In this document: one piece after another, positions 14,262 through 26,166 of the stretch
How the letters are laid out: every line of letters starts with the position of its first letter
How positions within the stretch are numbered: the first letter of the stretch is position 1
Source of the DNA: Octopus sinensis
Lineage: Eukaryota
NCBI RefSeq assembly: GCF_006345805.1
Contig: NC_043016.1
Location: 9,362,001 to 9,426,000, forward strand
DNA length: 64,000 nucleotides
Reading direction: 5' to 3'
Made by a program: the position numbers and the translations under genes
Notes under the pieces: model-generated
Databases searched by the model: none
What the model was told of the DNA's origin: nothing
What the model saw: only the letters and a program-made list of their open reading frames with translations

Positions 14262-14690
14262 AGGCGCAGGAGTGGCTGTGTGGTAAGTAGCTTGCTAACC
14301 AACCACATGGTTCCGGGTTCAGTCCCACTGCGTGGCATCTTGGGCAAGTGTCTTCTGCTATAGCCCCGGGTCGACCAATGCCTTGTGAGTGGATTTGGTA
14401 GACGGAAACTGAAAGAAGCCTGTCGTATATATGTATGTATATATATATATGTATGTGTGTGTGTGTTTGTGTTTGTCCCCCTAGCATTGCTTGACAACAG
14501 ATGCTGGTGTGTTTACGTCCCCGTCACTTAGCGGTTCGGCAAAAGAGACCGATAGAATAAGTACTGGGCTTACAAAGAATAAGTCCCGGGGTCGATTTGC
14601 TTGACTAAAAGAAAAAAAAGGTGGTGCTCCAGCATGGCCGCAGTCAAATGACTGAAACAAGTAAAAGAGTAAAAGAGTAAAGAGTAAGAG
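14262..14690 (+). mobile_element. Full-length SINE B
   Basis: A and B boxes, internal microsatellite, 3' ggtgctccagcatggccgcagtcaaatgactgaaac with a (taaaagag)n tail. Confidence 0.93.
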
Positions 14691-14821
14691 ACTGGATCTT
14701 GTCTTTGTCAAACAAGTGACAATTTCAGACATGTCTTGATCTTGATTAAACTTTCTCTGCAATGAATACCGTACCATGTATTTACCAGACCTTAGAATGA
14801 CTCCAGAACAGGGCCGTCATT

Positions 14822-15050
14822 AGGCGGCGAACTGGCAGAATCATTAGCACGCCAGGCGAAATGCTTATCAATATTTCGTTTGGCACTGCATTCTGAGTTC
14901 AAATTCCGCCGAGGTCGACTTTGCCTTTCATCCTTTCGGGGTCAATAAATTAAGTACCAGTTACGCACTGGGGTCGATGTAATCGACTTAATCCCTTTGT
15001 CTGTCCTTGTCCCTTCTATGTTTAGTCCCTTGTGGGCAATAAAGAAATAA
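14822..15050 (+). mobile_element. Full-length SINE A
   Basis: Consensus match; imperfect TSD of about 16 bp (agaacagg(g/a)cc(g/a)tca). Confidence 0.9.
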
Positions 15051-15525
15051 GAACAGGACCATCACTAAGCCCCTGCAGTCACAAAGGGCCTCCACGGATG
15101 AGGAGCCTCATGTTAAAATCAAAGTACGTAGATGAGTCATCTATTTACTTTGGTTAAGATTTTGAACAAGATTTAAACTATGTTAACTGAAAATTTCAAG
15201 AAATAAAATGGTAATACATTGTACCTGTAAAAGTTCTTGTAAAAATATTACATTGTACCACGAACGTGTAGCAGACTTTCTGAATTGTCTTTGATATCTA
15301 TTAAACATGAACTTCAGCTTAATTATTCTGAACTGATCGATGATTTCGTAAAGCAAAAAATGCACTGTGGTTGTCTTTGAAAAGTGCTCTTTTATTCATA
15401 TCAGGAAATTTTACCTATTGAAATTTGTAATAGCCCTAAATAAATTTAACTCGTACTTTTAAAAATGTTCTTTAGGATAACGTGAAATATTGAACTTCAG
15501 ATTGACTAAAGTAAAATATAGCTAT

Positions 15526-15755
15526 GGCGGCGAGCTGGCAGAAATGTTAGCACGCCAGGCAAAATGCGTAGCTGTATTTCATCTCTCTTTACGTTCTGGG
15601 TTCAAATTCCGCCGAAGTCGACTTTGCCTTTCATCCTTTTGGGATTGATAAATTAAGTACCAGTTACGCACTGGAGTTGATGTAATCGACTTAATCCGTT
15701 TGTCTGTCCTTGTTTGTTCTCTCTGTATTTAGCCCCTTGTGGGTAGTAAAGAAAT
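15526..15755 (+). mobile_element. Full-length SINE A
   Basis: 12-bp TSD aaatatagctat. Confidence 0.92.
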
Positions 15756-16978
15756 AAATATAGCTATGAATAAAAGGTGCATAGATTATGAATTTTGATT
15801 GAAGGGATGGGACCTTGAAACAAAATGATGCAAGGGGTCTCTAAAGGTCATGCAACGGAGCTACTCCAGAAGACTGACCAGAATTTGTCTAAAGGCTTTG
15901 GATTTAGGGAATGGGTATCATCAATTATATAAATTCCTCTACTTGAACAGTACTTGATTATTATGGGTCCCAGAAGGATGAAAGGCATAGTGAGATGATA
16001 TTTAGAAGACAAAGATTGGCAGAAAACTGAATGTGTCAGACAAAATGTCTTGGAGCACTTATTAACCTTTATGTTCTAGGTTCAATTCCTACTAAAGCCA
16101 AGTTTGCCTTTCATACCTGAGTCAGTGAAATAAAGTACTTGTCAAGTACTGGAATTGATTTAATCAACCATACTATCTTCTCCACCATTACTGCTACCCT
16201 TCCCCCCCAAAAAACAAGAGTTTGCACCTCATCATCATCATCATCATCATCGTTTAATGTCTGCTTTCCATGCTAGTATGAGTTGGATGATTTTGACTGA
16301 GGGCTGGCGAACCAGACGGCTGCACCAGGCTCCAATCTTGATCTGGCAGAGTTTCTACAGCTGGATGCCCTTCCTAACGCCAACCACTTCGAGAGTGTAG
16401 TGGGTGCTAGGCTGGAACACAGATATGGTTGTGTGGTTAAGAAGTTTGTTCTTAACCATGTGATTTTGGGTTCAGCCCACTGCTTGGCAGCTTAGGCAAG
16501 AGTAATTTACTATAGCTCGGGGCCAAACAAAGCCTTGTGTGTGGATATATTAAGCCTGTTGTGTGTGTGAAAGAAGCCTTTTGTGTGTGTGTGTTTTCTT
16601 GTCTTTTGTATCATGTGATGGTTGTATCGCTGTCACACAAACAATGTCATCCATCTCCTGCCTTCCATGGAATCATGTCCAGCCATGAAGTAAATATTAA
16701 TTTGTTTCAAAACTGACTGTAAAATGAAAAAAAAAAAACCTACTTCAACAAGTTCTGTCCGTCCCAAGCAAGTATGAAAAAAAACAGACATTAAAATAAT
16801 AGCGATGATGATAAAATGCTCTTAGTAGTATATTACTGGCAGTTTGTATTCTCTGCAGTTTGGATGAATTTTGAACTCAGAAGAACAGACGAACACAACT
16901 AACTTGCCGTTAGAAATCTCTTCCTAACAACGTAGAATTCTTTAACTGTTTGATCTTTTATTATAATTATTATTATTC

Positions 16979-17250
16979 TGTTGTGTCTGGGAGAGTCATT
17001 TTCTTTTTGTGCCTTATTATGTAACACACTCACCGGTAAAATTTCCCCTTTTTTTCTTATTTTTATTGTCCTAAAATTTTCGTTGCGTCTTGCAACCTTT
17101 TCAATAGTTTTGACTAATAAAAATAAGAAAAAAAAGTGGAAATTTTACTGGTGAGTGTGTTACATAAGGCGACACAAAAAGAAAATGACTCTCCCCAGAC
17201 ACAACAAAATATGCTTCAACACATGAACTCATATAAAGAATCTTGCAAAC
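16979..17250. mobile_element. Inverted-repeat (fold-back) remnant resembling a Penelope-like element pLTR
   Basis: Arms of about 90 bp (16979-17067 and 17115-17208) are reverse complements; a hammerhead motif lies between them. A further partial copy is at about 48126-48222. Confidence 0.55.
17071..17107 (-). ncRNA. Variant minimal hammerhead motif with U3-A8 core
   Basis: Minus strand reads CUA UUGAAAA G GUUGC-AAGAC-GCAAC GAA AAUU U UAG: perfect 5-bp stem II, palindromic stem III, 3-bp stem I. Confidence 0.5.
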
Positions 17251-17522
17251 CAAATCCAAAAACGAAATTATTATTATTGTTATTATTATATTATTATTAT
17301 TATTATTGTTTGCTGACATTGAGTATAATTTGTTTTGTCAGGTTCTACTGATCTAGGTGATACTGTGAAACATTTAGTTTTGCATTTTTACCATTCCTGC
17401 CAACTTGCTATCTTCTACAAGTAAATAAAATAATGAGACAAATGCCATTCACTTCTTTTTTTTTTCCTTTTTTTTTTTTTTCGCCTTTTAAGTACTTAAA
17501 AATTCTTGTCTTGTAATTCCAG

Positions 17523-17573
17523 GTGTTGGTAAAAGTTGCCTATTATTGAGGTTTGCTGAAAATACATTTTCTC
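17523..17573 (+). CDS. RAB35: Rab35 internal coding exon (P-loop end: GVGKSCLLLRFAENTFS)
   Basis: Polypyrimidine tract plus AG at 17521-22, GTGAGT donor at 17574. The 51-nt phase-1 exon joins the next exon in frame (C|CA = Pro). Confidence 0.93.
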
Positions 17574-17638
17574 GTGAGTATTAATGTGGATATTTGCTAA
17601 TCCTACATTTGTTAAAAATAATAAGAAAATTATATACA

Positions 17639-18250
17639 TAGGTACAGGCGTGGCTGTGTGGTAAGTAGCTTGCTAACCAACCACATGGTTCCGGGTTCAG
17701 TCCCACTGCGTGGCATTTTGGGCAAGCGTCTTCTGCTATAGCCCCGGGCCGACCCATGCCTTGTGAGTGGATTTGGTAGACGGAAACTGAAAGAAGCCTG
17801 TCGTATATATGTATATATATATAAGTGTGTGTGTATATGTTTGTGTGTCTGTGTTTGTCCCCCTAGCATTGCTTGACAACCGATGCTGGTGTGTTTACGT
17901 CCCCATCACTTAGCGGTTCGGCAAAAGAGACCGATAGAATAAGTACTGGGCTTACAAAGAATAAGTCCCGGGGTCGATTTGCTCCTCGACTAAAGGCGGT
18001 GCTTCAGCATGGCCGCAGTCAAATGACCGAAATAAGTAAAAGAGTAAAGAGTAAGAGTAGGTACAGGCGTGGCTGTGTGGTAAGATGCTTTCTTTCCAAC
18101 CATATGGTTCTGGGCTCAGTCCTACTGCATGGCAGCTTGGGCAAGTGTCTTTTTCTATAACTCCAGGCTGACCAAAGCCTTTTCTGTAGATTTTGGGAGA
18201 CAAAAACTGAAAAAGCCTGTCGTGTGTGTATGTGTGTGTGTGTGTGTGTA
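17639..18250 (+). mobile_element. Full-length SINE B followed directly by a 5' half-copy (from 18058)
   Basis: Both start taggtacaggcgtggctgtgtgg. Confidence 0.9.
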
Positions 18251-18301
18251 TGTATATATATTATATATATATATATATATATATGTATATGTATTATATA
18301 T

Positions 18302-18361
<60 letters not shown>

Positions 18362-18380
18362 ATGTATAATATATATATAT

Positions 18381-19181
18381 GTAAGAATTGCAATCCCTGA
18401 GTCAAAATCAGTGCGTGACCTGGGCATTGACATGAGCAATGATGCATCTTTCCAAATGCATATTGCTAATCTGGTGATAAAATGCAGACGGCTAGCTGGA
18501 TGGATTCTCCGAACTTTCAGAACAAGAGAGAAGGAGACACTGATGGTCCTATGGAAAACATTTGTCCTCAGCCGCTTGGACTACTGCTCCCAACTTTGGT
18601 CACCACACAATATAAAACAAACAGCAGAACTCGAAGCAACTCAGAGAAGCTACACAAAGAAAATCGTCTCAATGCAAAATGTCAGCTACTGGGAAAGACT
18701 GAAGGTATTAAACCTCTTCTCCCTGGAGCGGAGGCGGGAGAGATATGCAGTAATATACATCTGGAAAATCCTGGAGGGTCTTATCCCAAACTTTGGCATT
18801 CAAAGTTACTCCAACCGCAGAACGGGGCGCCGCTGCGTGGTGCCAAGGATTCCAACATCACCATCAAAATACAGGTCCAGATACTGCAACAGCTTGGGTT
18901 TCAGAGGACCACAGCTTTTCAACATCCTCCCTAAATGCCTGAGAGACTTACATGGTGTGGATGTGGGTTTCTTTAAAACTAAACTGGATCTCTTCTTGTT
19001 GGAAGTCCCAGATGAACCTACCTCACGACAGGAGACGCGGATGCGGGCAGCAGCATCGAACTCCCTTGTTGATCAAGTGCCACGTATCAGAGGTGGATTC
19101 ACAAACTAGTGTGGCTCATTCAGCGGTGGTGCCCCAGCATGGCCGCGGCCTTCGGCTAAACATTTTTAAGGATTTAAGGAT
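18381..19181 (+). mobile_element. 5'-truncated CR1/L2-type LINE, ORF2 C-terminus intact, plus 3' UTR and (TTTAAGGA) tail
   Basis: About 242 uninterrupted codons to the stop at 19109 (VRDLGI..., RLDYCSQLWSP, LFSLERRRERY, GPQLFNILP), typical of the region after the RT domain in CR1-like ORF2. Confidence 0.92.
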
Positions 19182-19287
19182 TATATATATGTATATATAT
19201 ATATATATATATATGTATATAATATATATATATATATGTATATATATATATGTATATATATATATATGTAATATATATATGTATATG

Positions 19288-19319
<32 letters not shown>

Positions 19320-19328
19320 TATTATATG

Positions 19329-19359
<31 letters not shown>

Positions 19360-19793
19360 GTATATATATATATGTATTATATGTATGTATATATATATAT
19401 GTATATATATATATGTATATATATATATGTATATATATATATGTATATATATATGTATATAATATATGTATTATATATATGTATATATAATATGTATATA
19501 TATATATGTATATATATATGTATATATATATGTGTGTATATATATGTGTGTATATATAGTGTGTATATATATGTGTGTATATATATGTGTGTATATATAT
19601 GTGTGTATATATAGTGTGTATATATATATATGTATATATATATATGTATATATATATATGTATATATATATATGTATATGTATATGTATATATGTATGTA
19701 TATATGTATATGTATATATGTATATATATATATGTATATATGTATATGTATATATGTATATGTATATATGTATATGTATATATGTATATATGT

Positions 19794-19841
<48 letters not shown>

Positions 19842-20111
19842 ATGTATATATGTATATATGTATATATATTATATATATATATATATGTATATGTATATAT
19901 GTATATGTATATATGTATATGTATATAGGTATATATATATATGTATATATATATATATGTATTATATATATGTATATATGTATATAGTGTATATGTATAT
20001 GTGTATATGTATATATGTATATGTATATATGTATATATATATGTATATATGTATATATATATATGTATATATATATATGTATATATATATGTATATGTAT
20101 ATATATATATG

Positions 20112-20145
<34 letters not shown>

Positions 20146-20210
20146 TGTATATTATATATATGTATATATATATATATGTATATATGTATATATATATATA
20201 TGTATATATG

Positions 20211-20245
<35 letters not shown>

Positions 20246-20448
20246 GTATATATGTATATATATATATATGTATATATGTATATATATATATTATATATGT
20301 ATATATATATATATGTATATATGTATGTATATATGTATATATATATGTATATATATATATGTATATATGATATATATATATATGTATATATTGTACATAT
20401 GTATATATATATATATGTATATATATATAATGTATATATATGTATATG

Positions 20449-20479
<31 letters not shown>

Positions 20480-20725
20480 GTATATATGTATATATATGTA
20501 TATATATGTATATATATATATTGTATATATATATATATATGTATATATGTATATATATAGTATATATATATATATGTATATATGTATTATATATGTATAT
20601 GTATATATATATGTATATATGTATATATATGTATATATATATATGTATATATGTATATATATATATGTATAATATATGTATATATATGTATATATATGTA
20701 TATACACACACACACACATACATAC
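19182..20725. repeat. About 1.5-kb compound (TA)n/(TATATG)n microsatellite
   Basis: Visible directly; it is the source of many spurious ORFs in the track. Confidence 0.99.
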
Positions 20726-20830
20726 AGCGGGGTAAGCACATAAGTGCAAAACAAGGTGGTAAAAATAGTACTTGAATACCAGAGGTAGAGTAATATGCTT
20801 TATTAAAAAGCAGGGAAAATATCATGAAAG

Positions 20831-20868
20831 CTGTTACTCAGAGTTTCACGTTTCCATTCATCAGACAG
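20831..20868 (-). ncRNA. Minimal type I hammerhead ribozyme motif (Penelope-like pLTR type), core intact
   Basis: Minus strand reads CUGU CUGAUGA AUG-GAAA-CGU GAA ACUC-U-GAGU A ACAG: 4-bp stem I, 3-bp stem II with GAAA loop, near-palindromic stem III, GUA triplet. Confidence 0.75.
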
Positions 20869-21330
20869 TTTTGTTTAGAACAAAACTGTCTAAATTCTAA
20901 AACAAAACTGAGATGAGTGTAGTAACTATTCTACAGGGTGCAACTGGAGGAAGATCTGCCTAGGGTTAAACTAGTAGTAACATTGAACAGCCATATTGAT
21001 GTGGTGATCAACTTTACTTGTTAGTATAGTTACTGCTCTGATTTCTTATTGAAATTTTACAGCTAGATACTTTTTTGTTGCAAGCCAGTGACCGATGGCC
21101 ACTTTGTTTTCTGTATATTAGTAGCTGAAGTGGACTGTGGCCATCTCTCTAGTGACAGGGTGTTTGCGACTGAGGATGAGCAAAACCAACTCGGTCTCGT
21201 GATTTACTGGACATCATTTACTGGACAGCTGTAAGGGTCCGCTCCCCTGCTTGCAATATATACAGTGGGCAGGCTGCACCTATAACCAGCTGGCAAAAGA
21301 TCTGCCTGGAGTTAAAACAATAGTAACATT

Positions 21331-21666
21331 CTGAGACCCCCTTTGGTCATGACTGACCATGGAATTATACCTAGAAAGTTACCCTCCCAGGCACAAGTCC
21401 GGGCAAGGTTGTTTATAGAAGACCAGCGGTCGTCCATGCATACCAGCCTCCCCTCTCCACACCACTGAGATTATCCAAGGGAAAGGCAAAGGGGCCGACA
21501 GAGCTTGGCACCAGTGATGTCGCAACTCATTTTTACAGCTGAGTGAACTGGAGCAACGTGAAATAAAGTGTCTTGCTCAAGAACACAACACACAGCCCAG
21601 TCCGGGATTCGAGCTCACAACCTCATGATCGTAAGCTCGATGCTCTAGCCACTGAGTCATGTACCT
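21331..21666 (-). mobile_element. tRNA-headed SINE family D
   Basis: Head ggtacatgactcagtggctagagc...ctcgaatccc and 12-bp TSD aatagtaacatt. Related heads with other tails occur near 33610-33830 and 53765-54090. Confidence 0.85.
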
Positions 21667-22129
21667 AATAGTAACATTAAACAGCCATATTGATGTGGTG
21701 ATTAACTTTACTTATATGTTTATGTTATAGTCTTCTGTTTTGTGTTTAAAGGGAATAGAGTCTAATAACAATTTATTCAAATGTAAGGTAAACATTAATT
21801 ATTAGTGTATAGATTTATTTTAATATTTTTTTTTCTCTTAGGTGAGGAAAGGGTACACATTTTATCATGTTAGTGAGGCTTGAGGGATTTTTATTTGACA
21901 AGTTGTTTTGACAGCTCACAACCCATTTTATATTAAAATGTACAGAATAAATTAGGTTTGGCGAATTGTTTTTACAGTTAAACACCATTCCCATATTCTG
22001 TGAAGAAAATATGAATGTGTAGTATGCAGATTGTGTTGTTGTACAATAATACAGCATAATTCTTGTGCAAGAATACAACATAATTAAGACATTAGTAAGA
22101 TTTGAACTCATAACCATGTTGTACTCATA

Positions 22130-22735
22130 ACCTTTTTTATTTTGGGAAATTTTCAGAATTTTTTTTTGAATTTGCATCCTACATACAGGAATTCATATGA
22201 TTAGGAGGAAAACATTCTTTTAAAAAATTTTTTGAATTAAAAAAATTTTCTTTGATTTTTAAAAATTTGAAAAATTAAGTGTTTAAAATAAAGACAGTCT
22301 GAGTTTTTTTGCTTAAATTTCAGCAAAATTCTATTAAATCTGTTTATGGAGAGAAAGATATTGAAAAACATTGATAAATCACTGAGATGTACTTGCATAG
22401 CGAAGTTTGTCAGTGAACAGGTTGCGATCTCAAAGCGACGAACATATTTTGACAAATTAAATTTAAATGTTGAAGTGAGTCTAACGGATTTTATGTGTTT
22501 CTTAAATGGCTTATAAAGACCTTCCACTCTGCAATTGATAAATCAGAGTGACAGAAAAAATGAGGAGGGTATCAGGTGGTTGTGAGATGTGTTAAAAATA
22601 ACAGCCAAATAACCCTTAAATCACACACACAAAATATTTTGGTTTTTGCATCATATGAATTCCTATGTGTAGAAAGCAAATTCAGAAAAATTTTCTGAAA
22701 ATTCCAAAAAAAGACAAAAAAAAGTTATGAGGGGT
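22130..22735. mobile_element. Inverted-repeat-bounded AT-rich element (MITE-like)
   Basis: 22132-22201 and about 22650-22731 are imperfect reverse complements. Confidence 0.45.
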
Positions 22736-23065
22736 TATATGGAATGTTTAATCCAGAAATCCTTCCCAAGATCTTATTTTCACCTTCGTTGTGCTTGAAT
22801 TTTTAACAACATTTTGTTATATCCTTGTTAATTTTCCTGTCTGCTACTTTTATGTTAGGGACACCAAATCTTAAGTTATACAAAAAAAAGAACATGTCTT
22901 ATTCTCTTCCAAACTGAAATATTACCATTAGATTTTAACATCATGTAACATTATTTTAAAACATCAAGCTGTTGATTTCAAGATATATTCTTATTGAAAA
23001 AGGAATAATGTACCTTTCACACTCAAAATCTTTGATGATATCCAAATTAAAACAGGATGATTGAA

Positions 23066-23231
23066 AGGAGTGGCTGTGTGGTAAGTAACTTGCTTACGAA
23101 CCACATGGTTCCGGGTTCAGTCCCACTGCGTGGCACCTTGGGCAAGTGTCTTCTGCTACAGCCTTGGGCCTACTAAAGCCTTGTGAGTGGATTTGGTAGA
23201 TGGAAACTGAAAGAAGCCCGTCGTATATATG

Positions 23232-23265
<34 letters not shown>

Positions 23266-23506
23266 CACCACACACACATATATATATATATGTGTGTGTG
23301 TGTATGTTTGTGTCTGTACCCCCCACATCACTTGACAACCGATGCTGGTGTGTTTACGTCCCCGTAACTTAGCGGTTCGGCAAAAGAGACCGATAGAATA
23401 AGTACTAGGCTTACAAAAAATAAGTCCTGGGGTCGATTTGCTTGACTAAAGGCGGTGCTCCATTATGGCCACAGTCAAATGACCGAAACAAGTAAAAGTA
23501 AAGTAA
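23066..23506 (+). mobile_element. SINE B
   Basis: Consensus match. Confidence 0.9.
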
Positions 23507-24707
23507 ATTAAATGTTTTTCTAAGTCAACACTGTGTTCCACTGTGTTAGCACTACTCTTACATCACCTGTTAAGATTATTTCTACAGATATTGCGAAGAC
23601 CTGTTGTGGCAAGTGAAATCAAAATCGATCAAAAATCAATGGAAGTTGTAGTTGTGATACCAGTGCCGGTGGCATGTAAAAAGCTCCATCTGAACGTGGT
23701 CGATGCCAGTGCCGCCTCGACCGGCCTCCGCGCCGGTGGCACGTAAAAATCACCTGCCGATCGTGGCCGTTGCCAGCCATGTCTGGCACGTAAAAGGCAC
23801 CCACCACACTCACGGAGTGGTTGGCATTAGGAAGGGCATCCAGCTGTAGAAACACTGCCAGATCAGACTGGTGCCTGGTGCAGCCTCCTGGCTTCCCAGA
23901 CCCCGGTCGAACCGTCCAACCCATGCTAGCATGGAAAACCGGACATTAAGCGATGATGATGATATTCTTTAGAAATTATGGTTGCATAACAAAATACTGC
24001 ACCCCTGCAAGTCATTAATATTTGTGAACCAGCTTCCAGGACTGTGTTTTACATGTAAAATTGGTCCATCCAGTAATGTTACACCACTGTATTTAATGGC
24101 TATTTAAGCAATGAGTTCATGGGATAATTAATGGGTTGGATGGGTTCTGATGAAGGAGCAAAAATTCATGAAATGTGTCACATGCATCCCTTACCCATTT
24201 TTTTTCATCTTCAGTCTCATGATGATTCCTTACACAACTTAATACATCAAAATTCTAAAGTGGTAAACAGGCAGAATTGTTAGCTTGCCTGTCTTTACAT
24301 TTTGTGTTAAAATTCCACCAATTTCACTTTTCATCCTCTTGGAGTTAATAAAATAAAGTACCAGTTGAACACTGGGGTTGATGTAATGCATTTAATTCCT
24401 CCCCTGACGGTGCTGGCCTTCTGCCAAAATTTGAAATCAGTATATTGAAACTATTGCTCATGATTGCATGACCAATGTTTTCTAGAAAGAAAAAAAAAAC
24501 ATATAAAAGCATTGAGTAGATGAGAATTACTCAAATGTGCTTAAGCAATAAATCTATAATATTTTGAGGTAATCAGAATTCATGTATCTCTCTGCACTCT
24601 TACACTTGCTAGTCTATTGGAATCATTTTACAAGTCAGTGAGATTGTTCACAGAATAAATTGAAACTCTACAGCTATATATATATATATATGTCAAGTTA
24701 ATCACAG

Positions 24708-25260
24708 AACTTGAGGCAATCCAACGAAGCTACACGAAGAAGATAGCCTCTGTGCTGCATATAAGCTATTGGGAAAGACTCAAGAGATTAAGACTCTATT
24801 CCTTAGAGCATAGGCGAGAAAGATATGCCATAATATACATCTGGAAGATCCTAGAAGGACTTGTCCCAAACTTTGGCATCGAGAGTTACACAAATGCCAG
24901 AACTGGGTGCCACTGCATAGTGCCAAGGACTCCAAATTTGCCATCAAGATGTAGGACAAGATACTGTGATAGCCTGGGCTTCCGAGGCCCACAGCTCTTC
25001 AATATCCTCCCGAAGAACCTAAGAGACCTGCATGGGGTGGATGCAGATGTCTTTAAAATAAAACTGGATCTCGTCTTGTCAGGTGTCCCAGATGAACCAA
25101 CTTCACGGCAGGAGGTGCAGATGAGGGCACCTGCATCGAACTCTCTCATGCACCAAATGGCAATTGCTAAAAAGCATTCGTGAAGTAAAATCATGTAGCA
25201 ACACCAAATGGCGGTGCCCCAGCATGGCCACAGCTTGTGAGCTGAAACTAGATAAAAAAA
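24708..25260 (+). mobile_element. Second, more diverged 5'-truncated copy of a related CR1-type LINE
   Basis: ELEAIQRSYTKKIA...YWERLKRLRLYSLEHRRERY...[19 protein letters not shown], paralogous to 18381-19181 but with a different 3' UTR end. Confidence 0.9.
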
Positions 25261-25396
25261 AATTTTTGTTTTAAATATATATATATTGCACATAAGGACA
25301 GTAGCTATTGTGAATATTTTTTTTCCCCCCTTTAATATTTTAATTTTCTGAAATGCACTCCTCTCTCTCTTCTTCCTCTTTCTATTTGTTTTCTTG

Positions 25397-25460
<64 letters not shown>

Positions 25461-25473
25461 AAATATAGATATG

Positions 25474-25790
25474 TATAAGGGTGTGCTGAAAAGTTCCTGA
25501 CTTTGGGTAAAAGAAACTACAAGAGGATCAGTTAATTACAATTTTATTTAACATATTCTCCTCTCAGATTCACTCATTCATTGCAGAGGTCCTTCAGTTT
25601 TTCTACACCCTATAAAAGAACTCATATATGAGGGGTTACTGAAAAGATCCTGGCTTTAAGGATATCACGAAAGGCCTGTTTGGAGGCCCAACTTTCTGAG
25701 TTCTTTTACAGGACTTAGATAAACTGAAGGGCTGCTGCAATAATTGAGTGAATCTGAGAGGGGAACTTGTTGAATAAAATTGCAATTGAT
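25474..25790. mobile_element. Short mariner-type fold-back remnant
   Basis: Two mariner-like termini (taagggtgtgctgaaaagttcctg and tgaggggttactgaaaagatcctgg) and internal inverted segments. Confidence 0.45.
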
Positions 25791-25900
25791 TTATATATAT
25801 ATATATATTTATATTTATTTATTATTTGAGAGAATAAAATCCAAACTTACAAGGAAGAAAATTCAATTTAGAAATACTAAATCAAATTTCACACAATATA

Positions 25901-25931
<31 letters not shown>

Positions 25932-26166
25932 GAAAAAACCCCAATTTTTATCAATTCAAAATGAACAATTAAAATACACCATCTAGAAAATTACATATAA
26001 TAGAAATATTAAAATTAAAATAACAATAAAATGTCAATGATTAAGTAAATTGCAAAAAATAATAATAAAAACGTGTATATATATACATAAGCACACACAC
26101 ACACACATACATAATAAATTATTATTTTTTTATGTTATCAAATTTTCGTTTAAAATATATTTTCAG

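Noticed and set aside
17311-17365. EYNLF...LLI.GD resemblance to Rab35 exon 1
   Set aside because: In-frame stop or frameshift needed, no ATG, and no phase-1 donor.
18952-20825. Many long Y/I/M/C/V-rich ORFs in the track
   Set aside because: They are read-through of (TA)n/(TATATG)n microsatellite, which lacks stop codons; not genes.
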